Of a stretch of DNA of 64,000 bases, positions 18,831 to 28,803 are shown in pieces. The stretch spans positions 28,972 to 92,971 of the forward strand of contig JABHDY010000004.1 in the NCBI GenBank assembly GCA_018676855.1. The letters run 5' to 3'. The first letter of the stretch is position 1; each line of letters opens with the position of its first letter. Origin of the DNA: Candidatus Woesearchaeota archaeon. Lineage in GTDB: Archaea; Nanobdellota; Nanobdellia; Woesearchaeales; GW2011-AR9. The notes below the pieces were generated by a model. It searched no databases. It worked only from the letters and a program-made list of their open reading frames with translations, and was not told where the DNA came from. The position numbers and the translations under genes were made by a program.

Positions 18831-21820
18831 ACAGAATGTTGCGTACCACCAAGTTCAGTGTACGCTTGTTCAATTTCTTTATCGTTCCATGTTGTTTGAT
18901 CATGTAATACTTTTTGTATACCTTCATCAGAAACGCCCATTGCTCTTTCTTTAGATATCCATTCTTTCAGTTCATCAAAGTTTGACGCACCACCACGAGA
19001 TTTGAGGAAGTGGATAACAATAAATATAATAATTACCAAGATAATGAATGCGCCGCCACCAATAATGTAATATTTGTAATCGTCCCAAATTTTTACTGTT
19101 GAAACTGGTTCCTGAACTGAAGGTTGTGTAGGTTGCACGTACGGTGGTTGCATCTGTTGCGATATTGAAGCTGGTGCTGGACCAGGAACAACCGTTTGTG
19201 AACATGATTTTGAAAGTGTTGGTTTTAACGATGTTACGCCACAACTATGTTCATCAACACACGTTCTTTGCTGTTGACCTGCACCACATGTTGACCATGC
19301 TGAACATACCCATGATTGTGTACATGCTTCACATGAACGATTTTCTATACGTTGTGTTCTTCTTCCTCTTGAATCTGTACATGTACGTACTTGTTCCAAT
19401 GATGCGTCACAATATTCCCATGTTGAACAAGCCCAACTAGAACTACGTCGAGTACTTCCGCCAGTACTTGGACTTCCACTATCTCCAGCTTCTTGTATTA
19501 CAGTTGGATCAACAGGAGGAACGCATACATTTTCTGTACATACCTCACCTTCAAGAGTACAATCAGTATCTGCTTCACACTCTTCAGGTATTTTACACAA
19601 GTTAACTACACATTCTTCTTCTGGAATTACACACTCAGCATTTGTTGAACATAAAACGTCTTCAGTACACACACTTGGTTCACCGGTACATGTCCAACCA
19701 GTTTCAAGTGTACATGTTGCTGAACAACCATCATCAGCATCTTCATTACCATCATCGCACGCTTCGCCAGTTTCTTCAACATCATTTCCGCATACTGCTT
19801 CACTTCCTGGATCAATTGATGCAATGCATGCACCATCAGAACAACCATTTTCACATAACACAGGATCTTCTAAGTAAGGACCAGTACATATTTGTAACGC
19901 AGAATCTAAATAACATGTATCTTCTGTACATGGAGATTTACATATTTCATCTACACAGACATTATTTGTATCTTCACAAGGAACTTCATCTGAACATGAT
20001 TCAGGAACAAAACAAGCAACTGCACAATCTGAATCGTCACAGTCAACGTTTCCATCACCATCATCATCTAATTCGTCATCGCAGACAGTTTCAGTTACAG
20101 GAGCAACTGAACAAATACCTGCACCATGACACGTTTCACCATCTGCACAATCTTGAGGAGTTGCTAAATATTCGTTCGTACATGCCCTTGACGCAGACGC
20201 ACCATAACATATATTTTCTTCACATGAGACTCTACATTTACCTGCAACACACGTATCTTCACCACAATCATCATCTGATGTACATTCTGTTTCTTGGAAA
20301 CAAGCAACAGCGTCAGAACAATCACTATCATCACAATCAGTAGTACCATCAAGATCATTATCAGTTTCATCATCACAGACAGATTCAAACTGAGAACATA
20401 TTCCTGCACCGTGACATGTTTCACCATCTGCACAATTTTCAGGAGCTGATAAATAATCGCCTGAACAAACGCTTGACGCCGATTCACTATAACATGCATT
20501 TGCTACGCATGGAGTAAGGCATGTTCCTAAACAAACATCTCCTGCAAGACATTCATCGTTTGATGTACATTCTGTTTCTTCGTAACAAGCTGCATCGCCA
20601 GTACAATCAGTATCTAAACAATCAATATTTCCATCATTATCATTATCAGTTTCATCGTTACATATTTCTGGTGATGGTGGAACAAGACTTTCAACACAAA
20701 ATGAATATGTTGCACAATCACTATCATCACAGTCTACCAAATCGTCATTATCATTATCTTGACCATCTTCACAATGTTCAATATTTGTAAGTCTTCGTTC
20801 TAATAATTCTACATTGCCCAAACTTCCTTCAATTTCGTCAATAAGATTTTTGTAGTCCTCTTCAGATAATTGTAATAGGTTACATTCATTCGCAATTTCT
20901 TTAAATGAATCTGCTTCTTCTCGTAACACATTTAGAAGGAAATTCTTTAACAATGCAGTTTGTGACAGTAACGAATCAATATATTTCGAATCTCGTGGAT
21001 GAATTTCAAGCTGGAACAATTTATCTTTTGATAAATCATGTTCATCTTTCAGACTGTTTAATTTAGTTTGTAATTTATCTTGGTCACATTTGTCTTCATT
21101 TACACAAACATCATTAGTAAAACAGTCTGGGTCAGCACAGTCAATTAAACTATCATCATCATTATCAATTTCATTTGTACATGTTTTTTCAACATCACGC
21201 ACAATGACAAACGTATCGCCTACTGAACGTGCAAGGTCTCGCGGATTTTCTTCAAATGAAGTAATGTTAAATTCTGTTAGTGATAAGTTATACCAACCAG
21301 GACCCGCATTTTCAACGTTTAAATTTCCTATTTCAAACGTACCACTTTGAAGATTTTGATAATCAATAGTTGCATGTTCAAATTCAACAATAGTATTTTG
21401 ACATGAAACTGTTTTAAAATCGTCTGACCACTCAAGTGAACTTGTTACAGACTCATCACAAGTGTCAGAACCTAGACCTTCATGTTCCAATATAAACCGG
21501 ACAGCTGACGTTTCATCTCCAACAACAAGGTTGGCTTTAATTGGTATAGTAGCATCATCGCCCCTATACAAAACATTATCTTCCAAAAATAAACCTACCT
21601 TTGGAAGTGATAGTGGCGTAATTTCAGCAGGCTGAATTGCTTTTCCCACAAACGTATCTGTAAAGAACAAGAACATTGAAATTGCAATAAGTAACACTAC
21701 AGTAATGATAGCAATAATGTACGGTTTCCGTATCTCTCCCCGTTCTGCAAGTGGGTGAGGTTCCCAACTATGTGGAGGAAGTTTCTTGTACCGTTTCTTT
21801 ACCGTTTTTTGTTGTATCAT
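18827..21820 (-). CDS. Large modular surface protein: cohesin-like domain, Ca-binding Cys repeats, Myxococcus-type Cys repeat, TSP1-like repeats, C-terminal TM
   Basis: N-terminal TM plus FVGKAI; five DNDxDGxxDCxDxDC-type motifs; CGNDVEETGEACDDGN; WxCSxWxxC..QxRTC twice; TM near C-terminus with a short cytoplasmic helical tail. Confidence 0.85.
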   Translation of the reverse strand: MIQQKTVKKRYKKLPPHSWEPHPLAERGEIRKPYIIAIITVVLLIAISMFLFFTDTFVGKAIQPAEITPLSLPKVGLFLEDNVLYRGDDATIPIKANLVVGDETSAVRFILEHEGLGSDTCDESVTSSLEWSDDFKTVSCQNTIVEFEHATIDYQNLQSGTFEIGNLNVENAGPGWYNLSLTEFNITSFEENPRDLARSVGDTFVIVRDVEKTCTNEIDNDDDSLIDCADPDCFTNDVCVNEDKCDQDKLQTKLNSLKDEHDLSKDKLFQLEIHPRDSKYIDSLLSQTALLKNFLLNVLREEADSFKEIANECNLLQLSEEDYKNLIDEIEGSLGNVELLERRLTNIEHCEDGQDNDNDDLVDCDDSDCATYSFCVESLVPPSPEICNDETDNDNDGNIDCLDTDCTGDAACYEETECTSNDECLAGDVCLGTCLTPCVANACYSESASSVCSGDYLSAPENCADGETCHGAGICSQFESVCDDETDNDLDGTTDCDDSDCSDAVACFQETECTSDDDCGEDTCVAGKCRVSCEENICYGASASRACTNEYLATPQDCADGETCHGAGICSVAPVTETVCDDELDDDGDGNVDCDDSDCAVACFVPESCSDEVPCEDTNNVCVDEICKSPCTEDTCYLDSALQICTGPYLEDPVLCENGCSDGACIASIDPGSEAVCGNDVEETGEACDDGNEDADDGCSATCTLETGWTCTGEPSVCTEDVLCSTNAECVIPEEECVVNLCKIPEECEADTDCTLEGEVCTENVCVPPVDPTVIQEAGDSGSPSTGGSTRRSSSWACSTWEYCDASLEQVRTCTDSRGRRTQRIENRSCEACTQSWVCSAWSTCGAGQQQRTCVDEHSCGVTSLKPTLSKSCSQTVVPGPAPASISQQMQPPYVQPTQPSVQEPVSTVKIWDDYKYYIIGGGAFIILVIIIFIVIHFLKSRGGASNFDELKEWISKERAMGVSDEGIQKVLHDQTTWNDKEIEQAYTELGGTQHSV

Positions 21821-24393
21821 TGTTCTTGAGTTTGAGCATATTCTGAAAGATAATATGCAATCTTAGTTAATTTAATAATCATTGAATCGTCTGATTTAAG
21901 TGTTGTATACACATTTTCAAGGAATTGTTTCTGATCTGAATCTTCTACTATAAGGACTGTAAGAGTTTCTGTTCCAAGTTCAATATCTTGTAATGCCACC
22001 ATTGGCGATTCTGAACATGAAGAATAATCCGTTATGGTTGGCCAACCATCAGGACATGATTGAATTGTATCGAAAAAGTTTCCACTTCCCATATTTTCTG
22101 AAGACCCTGGTGGAAATGTTGCACTAGGAGGGCAGGAAACGTCATCATTTGTATTGTCACAAAAAGTATTCCCATCAAATGAGTTGCCTGTTGTTCGTTC
22201 AAGTTTTACACCAAACATGTTATTGATAAAATTATTTCCTTCCAATATATTGTCAATACTAATGTAATCTTCAGAACCAGGAGTACCCTCCGGCCTGTCC
22301 CATGAAATAAATGCACCGTTGATAAAACCACTGACTTTACAGTTCTTTACAGTAACTGAAGATGCAAGTTGTAAACTTATTCCAGTACCCCTTTCACCAG
22401 GACCAGTAATTGAATGGCCCTGACAATCAATGACGATATTGTCTGCATCCGGTTCAAAACATCTATTATTATCATCCAAGTCTGTAACATCCAAATCTTT
22501 TGTTACTTTGTATACTGTTCCTTCTTCCCATCCATTTCTAGGAGTACAACTATCAAGAAGAACAATTTCTGAAGATTCTAATACGAAAAATTCTTTAAGT
22601 TCAATTGAAAGTCCGTCAATCAAATCTTGTGTTCTTACACTATCTTGTAATCTTTTGTACATCCGTGCAAGAAGATAATTCTCACCTTTTTCATTATCTA
22701 TTTCAACAAAACGAGTGTATTCCCCATTAATAATTGTCCAACCATCTTCAATTTGGCAGATATCACTACATCCATCATTATTTTCAGTGTTACCATCATC
22801 ACACTGTTCTGTACCTTCACGGATACTATTCCCACATACAAATTCTTGACATGTACCTTCACGACAGCCTGACAACCCTTCACATATATTATCTGTTTTT
22901 TCAAGTTGTAACAAATCATTACATGAATATGTTACTTGTGCACTATTATCATCTGAACAATGGCTCGTTATAAAACCAGAATCAGACGTTCCATCAACAG
23001 TACGAGTATATCGTATTTGACCAGGCGTATCTGTCTCTTGACATATTGCTGGCATTTCACATTGTAAATCATATCCACAATAATATCCATCAGGACATTC
23101 AACACCGTTACATAAAGATTTCAGTTCACAACCATTTTCTATTGAATTGTCAGCATTTTCCCAACCAGTACGACACGAACAAAGGCCGTCAATTAATGTC
23201 ATATGATCACTACATGGAGTGTCGTCACACACATTTCCTTCACCATCATTATCACTATCTTCTTGAAGAATATTTTCCTGTTGAGGACAATTATCTTCTG
23301 AATCCTGAACTCCATCATTATCGCTATCAACGACACATCTTCCATTATCTATACACATTGTATCTGTAGGACATGATTCTAAATCTCCCCAGAATAGTTC
23401 GTCATCAAACGTTTTACACGTTTGAAATAATGTAATATCATCGCCTGAAACGCACCGTTTCTGAGCAAATTCTGTACACTCTTCTGTTCCGACAAATTGT
23501 GCAATGTTAAGACAAATAGCATTTTCTGTACAGTCATCATCGTTACAGTCTGTCCAACCGTCACCATCATTATCTTGGAGATCATTACATAGAATTTCAA
23601 TAACTTCTGGAACTTCTAAAGTGCACGTTGACGAACAACCATCACCATCAACTGTATTTCCATCATCACATTCTTCAAGAGCTTCTGTAACACCATTACT
23701 ACATAGTGCATCTGAAGGACCTTCTTCATCTGCAGCTGCCAAAACAGTAACAGTAGTTTCTATTGGTGAAACTAAACTTTGAGCAGAAGGATTGTTTAAA
23801 TCATACATAGTAAAGGAAGTAAACTCAAAATTTATAGGAACACTTTCGGTAGGTTCTTCATCAACCATTACAGTGATATATCCTAAATCCATTTTTCCTG
23901 AAATTGCATTTCCACAATCATTTGTTTCAGAACATAGGCCAGCAAACGTAACAGAGATAGTATCGTCAGTAGATTTAATATAATTAACAATAGTAAGATC
24001 GATACCCTCCCTTTCATAAAAGAAATTATCATGAACAGGTTCAATAATTCTAGAATAGTCAACTTTTGTTGAATCATAATCGTGTTTTAACGCAAACTGA
24101 AAAGCAACAGATTTTTTTCCTACTGGTAAAGAAACTTGAATAGGAATAGTATATTCTGTCACGCCAGGTTCAACTTCTATCGTACCGCCTAAAACTGCAG
24201 CTTTTCCAACACCAACTTCGGTAGTGAACTCGATAGCTTTTCCAACAAACGTGTCTGTGAAGAATAATAATCCCGCTAAACCTAGAAGTAAAACAACTGT
24301 AATAGCTGCTATGATTAAAGGTTTTTTATTTTTACCAGTACTTTGAGATACTGTTTTTGGGGTTCCCCGTGACACGTTCTGTTTTATTTTCAT
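21817..24393 (-). CDS. Modular surface protein: cohesin-like domain, Cys repeats, TSP3-like motif, NosD-like beta-helix, shared C-terminal module
   Basis: FFTDTFVGKAI; SVAFQFALK...MDLGYIT; ECDDGN twice; DSDNDGVQDSEDNCP; IVIDCQGHSITG...VTVKNC; ends IIKLTKIAYYLSEY. Confidence 0.85.
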   Translation of the reverse strand: MKIKQNVSRGTPKTVSQSTGKNKKPLIIAAITVVLLLGLAGLLFFTDTFVGKAIEFTTEVGVGKAAVLGGTIEVEPGVTEYTIPIQVSLPVGKKSVAFQFALKHDYDSTKVDYSRIIEPVHDNFFYEREGIDLTIVNYIKSTDDTISVTFAGLCSETNDCGNAISGKMDLGYITVMVDEEPTESVPINFEFTSFTMYDLNNPSAQSLVSPIETTVTVLAAADEEGPSDALCSNGVTEALEECDDGNTVDGDGCSSTCTLEVPEVIEILCNDLQDNDGDGWTDCNDDDCTENAICLNIAQFVGTEECTEFAQKRCVSGDDITLFQTCKTFDDELFWGDLESCPTDTMCIDNGRCVVDSDNDGVQDSEDNCPQQENILQEDSDNDGEGNVCDDTPCSDHMTLIDGLCSCRTGWENADNSIENGCELKSLCNGVECPDGYYCGYDLQCEMPAICQETDTPGQIRYTRTVDGTSDSGFITSHCSDDNSAQVTYSCNDLLQLEKTDNICEGLSGCREGTCQEFVCGNSIREGTEQCDDGNTENNDGCSDICQIEDGWTIINGEYTRFVEIDNEKGENYLLARMYKRLQDSVRTQDLIDGLSIELKEFFVLESSEIVLLDSCTPRNGWEEGTVYKVTKDLDVTDLDDNNRCFEPDADNIVIDCQGHSITGPGERGTGISLQLASSVTVKNCKVSGFINGAFISWDRPEGTPGSEDYISIDNILEGNNFINNMFGVKLERTTGNSFDGNTFCDNTNDDVSCPPSATFPPGSSENMGSGNFFDTIQSCPDGWPTITDYSSCSESPMVALQDIELGTETLTVLIVEDSDQKQFLENVYTTLKSDDSMIIKLTKIAYYLSEYAQTQEQ

Positions 24394-24408
24394 TTCAAAT
24401 TATTATAA

Positions 24409-25311
24409 TTATGACCAAGTATGCTCACGCAATATTTGTGCAATTGCAGATATTTTTTGAAGGACATTATTTTCTTCCTCTTTTAAAACAGAATAAATTC
24501 TATTTAATAAATCCTGTTCGGCCACATCACCATCTTCAAATACCATTCCTAGTTTGCATACACCATCAACATTTACTTCTTTTGTTCCGCATTCAGTAGA
24601 TGTAGGTTGAGGTTCGCCTGCAGGAGGAACAACTTCTATATCTACACATTCTCCGCCAACTGCATTACATTCTTGATCAGAAGGACAACCAGTAGGAGCT
24701 ATACGTTCATTTCCTGGACACCTATTACCAGCAGTACATTCAGAAGCATCAAATGCATTACAAACAGGAGCAACTTCTATATCTACACACTGACCAACAC
24801 TACATTCTTGACCAGAAGGACAACCAGTAGCAGGAATAACAACATTATCTGGACATAGCCAGCCATCTGTACATTCAGTTACAGGTAATGCGGTACATGT
24901 TGGAGTTACAGACTCAACTTGAACCACAGGGAAAGAAGCTTCCTCTTGACCTGCTGCAGTATTAGCTTGAATTCCAGTAATTGCTAATGTAAAAGATGCA
25001 GAAGCGTCAAAGTTTAATGTTCCTGTAAATGTATCTGGAGACAAAGCAAATACTCCAATTGCAGGAGGGGACTGAGTTAAGTCACTAATATCAATAAATG
25101 GACTAAAACTTACTGAACTTAATGTTGCAGAACCAGAACTTACTGTTGCACTAAAACCTGAAATAGATGTCGTTCCAGAACTTATTTCACAAGCAACCGG
25201 ACCCCCACCATCTGGAACAGTTCCACAATTTACTGTGAAGTCGACAGCAAACGCAGAACTAACTAAAAGTAATGCAACCAACAAATAAATTTTATATCTT
25301 TTTATCATCAT
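24409..25311 (-). CDS. Secreted Cys-rich protein with cohesin-like N-terminal domain and shared C-terminal module
   Basis: Signal peptide ending AFA; two ECT..CP...TGCPSxQEC...CVDIEV repeats; ends VLQKISAIAQILREHTWS. Confidence 0.8.
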   Translation of the reverse strand: MMIKRYKIYLLVALLLVSSAFAVDFTVNCGTVPDGGGPVACEISSGTTSISGFSATVSSGSATLSSVSFSPFIDISDLTQSPPAIGVFALSPDTFTGTLNFDASASFTLAITGIQANTAAGQEEASFPVVQVESVTPTCTALPVTECTDGWLCPDNVVIPATGCPSGQECSVGQCVDIEVAPVCNAFDASECTAGNRCPGNERIAPTGCPSDQECNAVGGECVDIEVVPPAGEPQPTSTECGTKEVNVDGVCKLGMVFEDGDVAEQDLLNRIYSVLKEEENNVLQKISAIAQILREHTWS

Positions 25312-25323
25312 TTTTCACCTCTA

Positions 25324-26391
25324 TTAAGAGCAACTATTTATTGTAAATCCAGGCACACCAAATGAAACACGAGCAATTAAAATAGCATCATCTAATGAAA
25401 CGGTCCCTGAACAATCAGCGTCCGAATTTGCTGAATCTTGTAGTGAATATCCAGGCACGCCAAATGAAACACGGGCAACTAAGATCGCATCAGCAAGATT
25501 TAGAGTTCCATCACCATCTGCATCACCTAATACAATATTGGATGGTGCAACATTACCACTCCAACTTGTCTGACTTCGTGCAACATCACACATTTTAAGT
25601 GGATCTTGTGGATATACATCTTGATCAGTATAACAAACACCGCCAATTAAACAAGTATTTGCATTAAGTGGATACGTACACGTTTCATCAGTACAAACAT
25701 CAGTTGTACATGACAATCCATCATTACAATCAGTATCTGCTCTACATTCTACACCAGGTTCAGGAACGTCAGGTTCAGGAACAGCAACACTTTCAACAAT
25801 AATTGTTGGACTAACAATACCCGTATCGAGAATCATATCAATAGGAGGTTGTGCAACATTATAAACATCAAATTTTGTAAATGTTAAATCATACTCACCC
25901 GTTACACTTTCCTGAAAAGTAATAGTAGCGATAGTAAATAAACCAGTTTTTTCATTTAGAGGATCAAATGTTGCTGAATCAAAACTAATTATACCATCAG
26001 CGCATGAAATATCTAATAAGTCTGTCCAACCTAAATCAGAAACTACTGAACTACTACACTCGGTTGACAAATCTAAACCATTAAGGTGAAGATCAAAAGA
26101 TACTGCAACAGTTTCAACATCAACGGGCAATTTAGCTTGTACTATAAGATCAAACTCATCATCAACAGTAACAGTATTATCTACCAAAAATATTCCTGCT
26201 GTATTATCAGTAATAGTACCTTCCAATTGAAAACTGATAGCCTTTCCTACAAACGTATCTGAGAAAAATAGTAATGAACCCAGTGCAACAAGTGCTACGA
26301 TAGTAATAATGCCAATAAGTAACGGTTTATTAACCTCTTTTTTATTTGAAACCTGATTTTGAGTTCTTTTTGAAACGTTTTTCTTCACCAT
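25324..26391 (-). CDS. Protein with cohesin-like and dockerin domains
   Basis: FFSDTFVGKAI; TVAVSFDLHL...GLFTIATITF...GEYDLTF; C-terminal duplicated GDADGDGTLNLADAILVARVSFG / SDADCSGTVSLDDAILIARVSFG. Start at 26391 after SD GGAGG. Confidence 0.85.
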   Translation of the reverse strand: MVKKNVSKRTQNQVSNKKEVNKPLLIGIITIVALVALGSLLFFSDTFVGKAISFQLEGTITDNTAGIFLVDNTVTVDDEFDLIVQAKLPVDVETVAVSFDLHLNGLDLSTECSSSVVSDLGWTDLLDISCADGIISFDSATFDPLNEKTGLFTIATITFQESVTGEYDLTFTKFDVYNVAQPPIDMILDTGIVSPTIIVESVAVPEPDVPEPGVECRADTDCNDGLSCTTDVCTDETCTYPLNANTCLIGGVCYTDQDVYPQDPLKMCDVARSQTSWSGNVAPSNIVLGDADGDGTLNLADAILVARVSFGVPGYSLQDSANSDADCSGTVSLDDAILIARVSFGVPGFTINSCS

Positions 26392-26405
26392 TTTTATCCT
26401 CCCTC

Positions 26406-28703
26406 TCAATTACGTAGCACGTACGCTATCTCTGACATTTTCTGTAATAAATTATTATCATTATTCCATATAGTTACTATTTCATTTAATAAATTGGTAT
26501 TATCTTCTGATGCCCCCGTATCTACACAAACACCATTAACATATAATTCTCCAGTTACACATTCTTCAGGCCACTCTACTGTAGCTTCAGGAATAGGAGC
26601 AGGTTCTGGTTCGACAATACAAGACGTATCAGCAACACAATCACTATCAGCACAATCAACTAAACTATCACCATCATTGTCAATACTATCTGTACAAATT
26701 TCAATTGGAGACGTACCAACACAAACTCCGGCAGAACAATGATCACCAGTTGTACTTGGATCATTATCTGAACAATACAAAGCATCATTATTAGTCCATG
26801 CAGCAGTATCAGATTCAGGGTTACATTGTTGACATTGGTTAGCTGGATTAAGATTATTTCTTATCTGACAAACGCCATCTATCAAACATCGGTTTGCACT
26901 AATTGGATATGTACATGTTCCCTCTACACAAACATTATCTGTACAGGAGATACTATCATCACAATCTGTATTTGTTGTACATTCAGGAATATCTTCAGCA
27001 GGAGCAGGTTCTTCGGTTAAACATAAAGATGAACAACCGTCATTATCAATAAGATTACCATCGTCACATTCTTCATTACCATTAATAAGAGAATCACCAC
27101 AAGATTCTGCAAGTAAACAATCTCCATATCCTAAACATTCATTTCCACAGTTTTGTATACCATTATAACCATTAACTTCACAGTTTATACTACCATCATC
27201 ACAAAATTCACCTTCTTCAATTATTGAATTACCACAAACTGCAGTTGGTTCTGGTTCTGGAGGCGCAGGCTCCGGTTCTTCCTCAGGTTCAGCAGGAGGA
27301 ACTGGTTCAGGCTCCTCTTCAGGTTGAGGAGCAGAAAATAAAGGTGTACCGAACGCTAACAATTTACCTTCGTCACCGCCTGCAACATATAAAATATCAT
27401 CGTTTGCTAAAAGTGATGGTGATGTACTTGGATTATGATTAATTGTACTTGGAACACTCCAAAGAGTATTTTTCCATGGCGTACCTGGATATGTAGGCGG
27501 TCCACCTTTAAGAGCAACAACTTTATCCGTACGAGAAATGTAAATTGTACCATCTAATGCAACTAATGGAGCTGCGTAAATTGGTGTGCTAGAAGAATAA
27601 TGATAATCACTATCTGTAGGAGTAAATATTATCTGACTATGTTTTCCAGGAAGAAATGCAATAGTTCCAAAATATAATTTTTTATCAGTACCAGCAGAAG
27701 CAAGGTACAGTTTCGCAGATGTCGTAGTGGTATCAACAACAACAGCTTCAGATATAAACGATGCGCCAGGTACCATTACAGGTCCAACATTTTGGTTAGT
27801 CGGTCTTGAAATGAATAACATACCACCAGAACGTGCTTGTTCAAAAAAGTATATTTGTTCATTAACAGTTCCAATAATAACTAAATTGTAATCATTCACT
27901 CCAGCTACTGTAGAAGAATAAACTGTTATAGGTGCCACTACATTTGAATCGAGAGAGATTATATGATGAATTCCTTGAGTTCCCGCTGTAACCAAAGTCA
28001 TGTCATCTATGTTAATAGAATATAATTCTCTACTATTTGGCATTTGTACTACAAAAATGAGATAATCGCCATTACTTGAAGGAGATATTGCAGGCGTAGA
28101 AGATACAAAACCGCTCGTACCATACGCCACATCTGTATATGTAACAGGATATCCAGGAACTGGATACACATTAATTTTATGGACGCCCCTTGTTGATCCA
28201 ACAATAAATGTATCACCATACATAACAATAGATGTCGTAGGATTAATTGCCCCATGACTTAACGCTATATCAAGCGCGTCACAATTTCCTACTGCTGAAC
28301 GATCAGATAATCCAACAATCCTAACAATTCCATTTTCTAAAGGTACAAACAAATTATCTTCCTCTGCATGATGTGCAGGACTACCAATAACTTTGTCAGC
28401 ACGAATAAAACAACTGTTTATACTATCACCCGTGCTTGGGTTTATAGTATGAAGGTATGAACCCGTTTCATCATTTGTTATAAGATATGTAGCATCGCCA
28501 ACAACGAACGGTGCAATGTCTGCAGATCCAGAAGAATAAGTTTGTTCCCAAAGAAGAGTTGTATCTCCAGCGATAGGACCAACATCAATAGCCTTTCCAA
28601 AAACGCCTTCTTTAATTGATGGAAATAATACAAATAATGCAACTAACAAAACAACTGCTACTACCCCTAATATCACTACAATTTTACGACTATTAGCATT
28701 CAT
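26406..28703 (-). CDS. PQQ-like beta-propeller surface protein with Pro/Glu linker, Cys repeats and shared C-terminal module
   Basis: Blade motifs (VIGSPA, VSSTPAI, IYAAPLV, STSPSL); PEEEPEP linker; CGNSIIEEGEFCDDG; ends LLQKMSEIAYVLRN. Confidence 0.85.
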   Translation of the reverse strand: MNANSRKIVVILGVVAVVLLVALFVLFPSIKEGVFGKAIDVGPIAGDTTLLWEQTYSSGSADIAPFVVGDATYLITNDETGSYLHTINPSTGDSINSCFIRADKVIGSPAHHAEEDNLFVPLENGIVRIVGLSDRSAVGNCDALDIALSHGAINPTTSIVMYGDTFIVGSTRGVHKINVYPVPGYPVTYTDVAYGTSGFVSSTPAISPSSNGDYLIFVVQMPNSRELYSINIDDMTLVTAGTQGIHHIISLDSNVVAPITVYSSTVAGVNDYNLVIIGTVNEQIYFFEQARSGGMLFISRPTNQNVGPVMVPGASFISEAVVVDTTTTSAKLYLASAGTDKKLYFGTIAFLPGKHSQIIFTPTDSDYHYSSSTPIYAAPLVALDGTIYISRTDKVVALKGGPPTYPGTPWKNTLWSVPSTINHNPSTSPSLLANDDILYVAGGDEGKLLAFGTPLFSAPQPEEEPEPVPPAEPEEEPEPAPPEPEPTAVCGNSIIEEGEFCDDGSINCEVNGYNGIQNCGNECLGYGDCLLAESCGDSLINGNEECDDGNLIDNDGCSSLCLTEEPAPAEDIPECTTNTDCDDSISCTDNVCVEGTCTYPISANRCLIDGVCQIRNNLNPANQCQQCNPESDTAAWTNNDALYCSDNDPSTTGDHCSAGVCVGTSPIEICTDSIDNDGDSLVDCADSDCVADTSCIVEPEPAPIPEATVEWPEECVTGELYVNGVCVDTGASEDNTNLLNEIVTIWNNDNNLLQKMSEIAYVLRN

Positions 28704-28803
28704 TAATCTAGTTCACCTTTTTTTAGTATAAAGAATACCTTTTCGTTTATATACCTATCGATTTTCTACGTGTATAAAAAAGTTAAAAAAAAGCGGTTAA
28801 CTC

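Noticed and set aside
18827-28703. Possible CRISPR array or diversity-generating retroelement repeats
   Set aside because: Repeats are in-frame coding duplications with no regular repeat-spacer period, no adenine-specific mismatch pattern noticed, and no cas or reverse transcriptase gene in the window.
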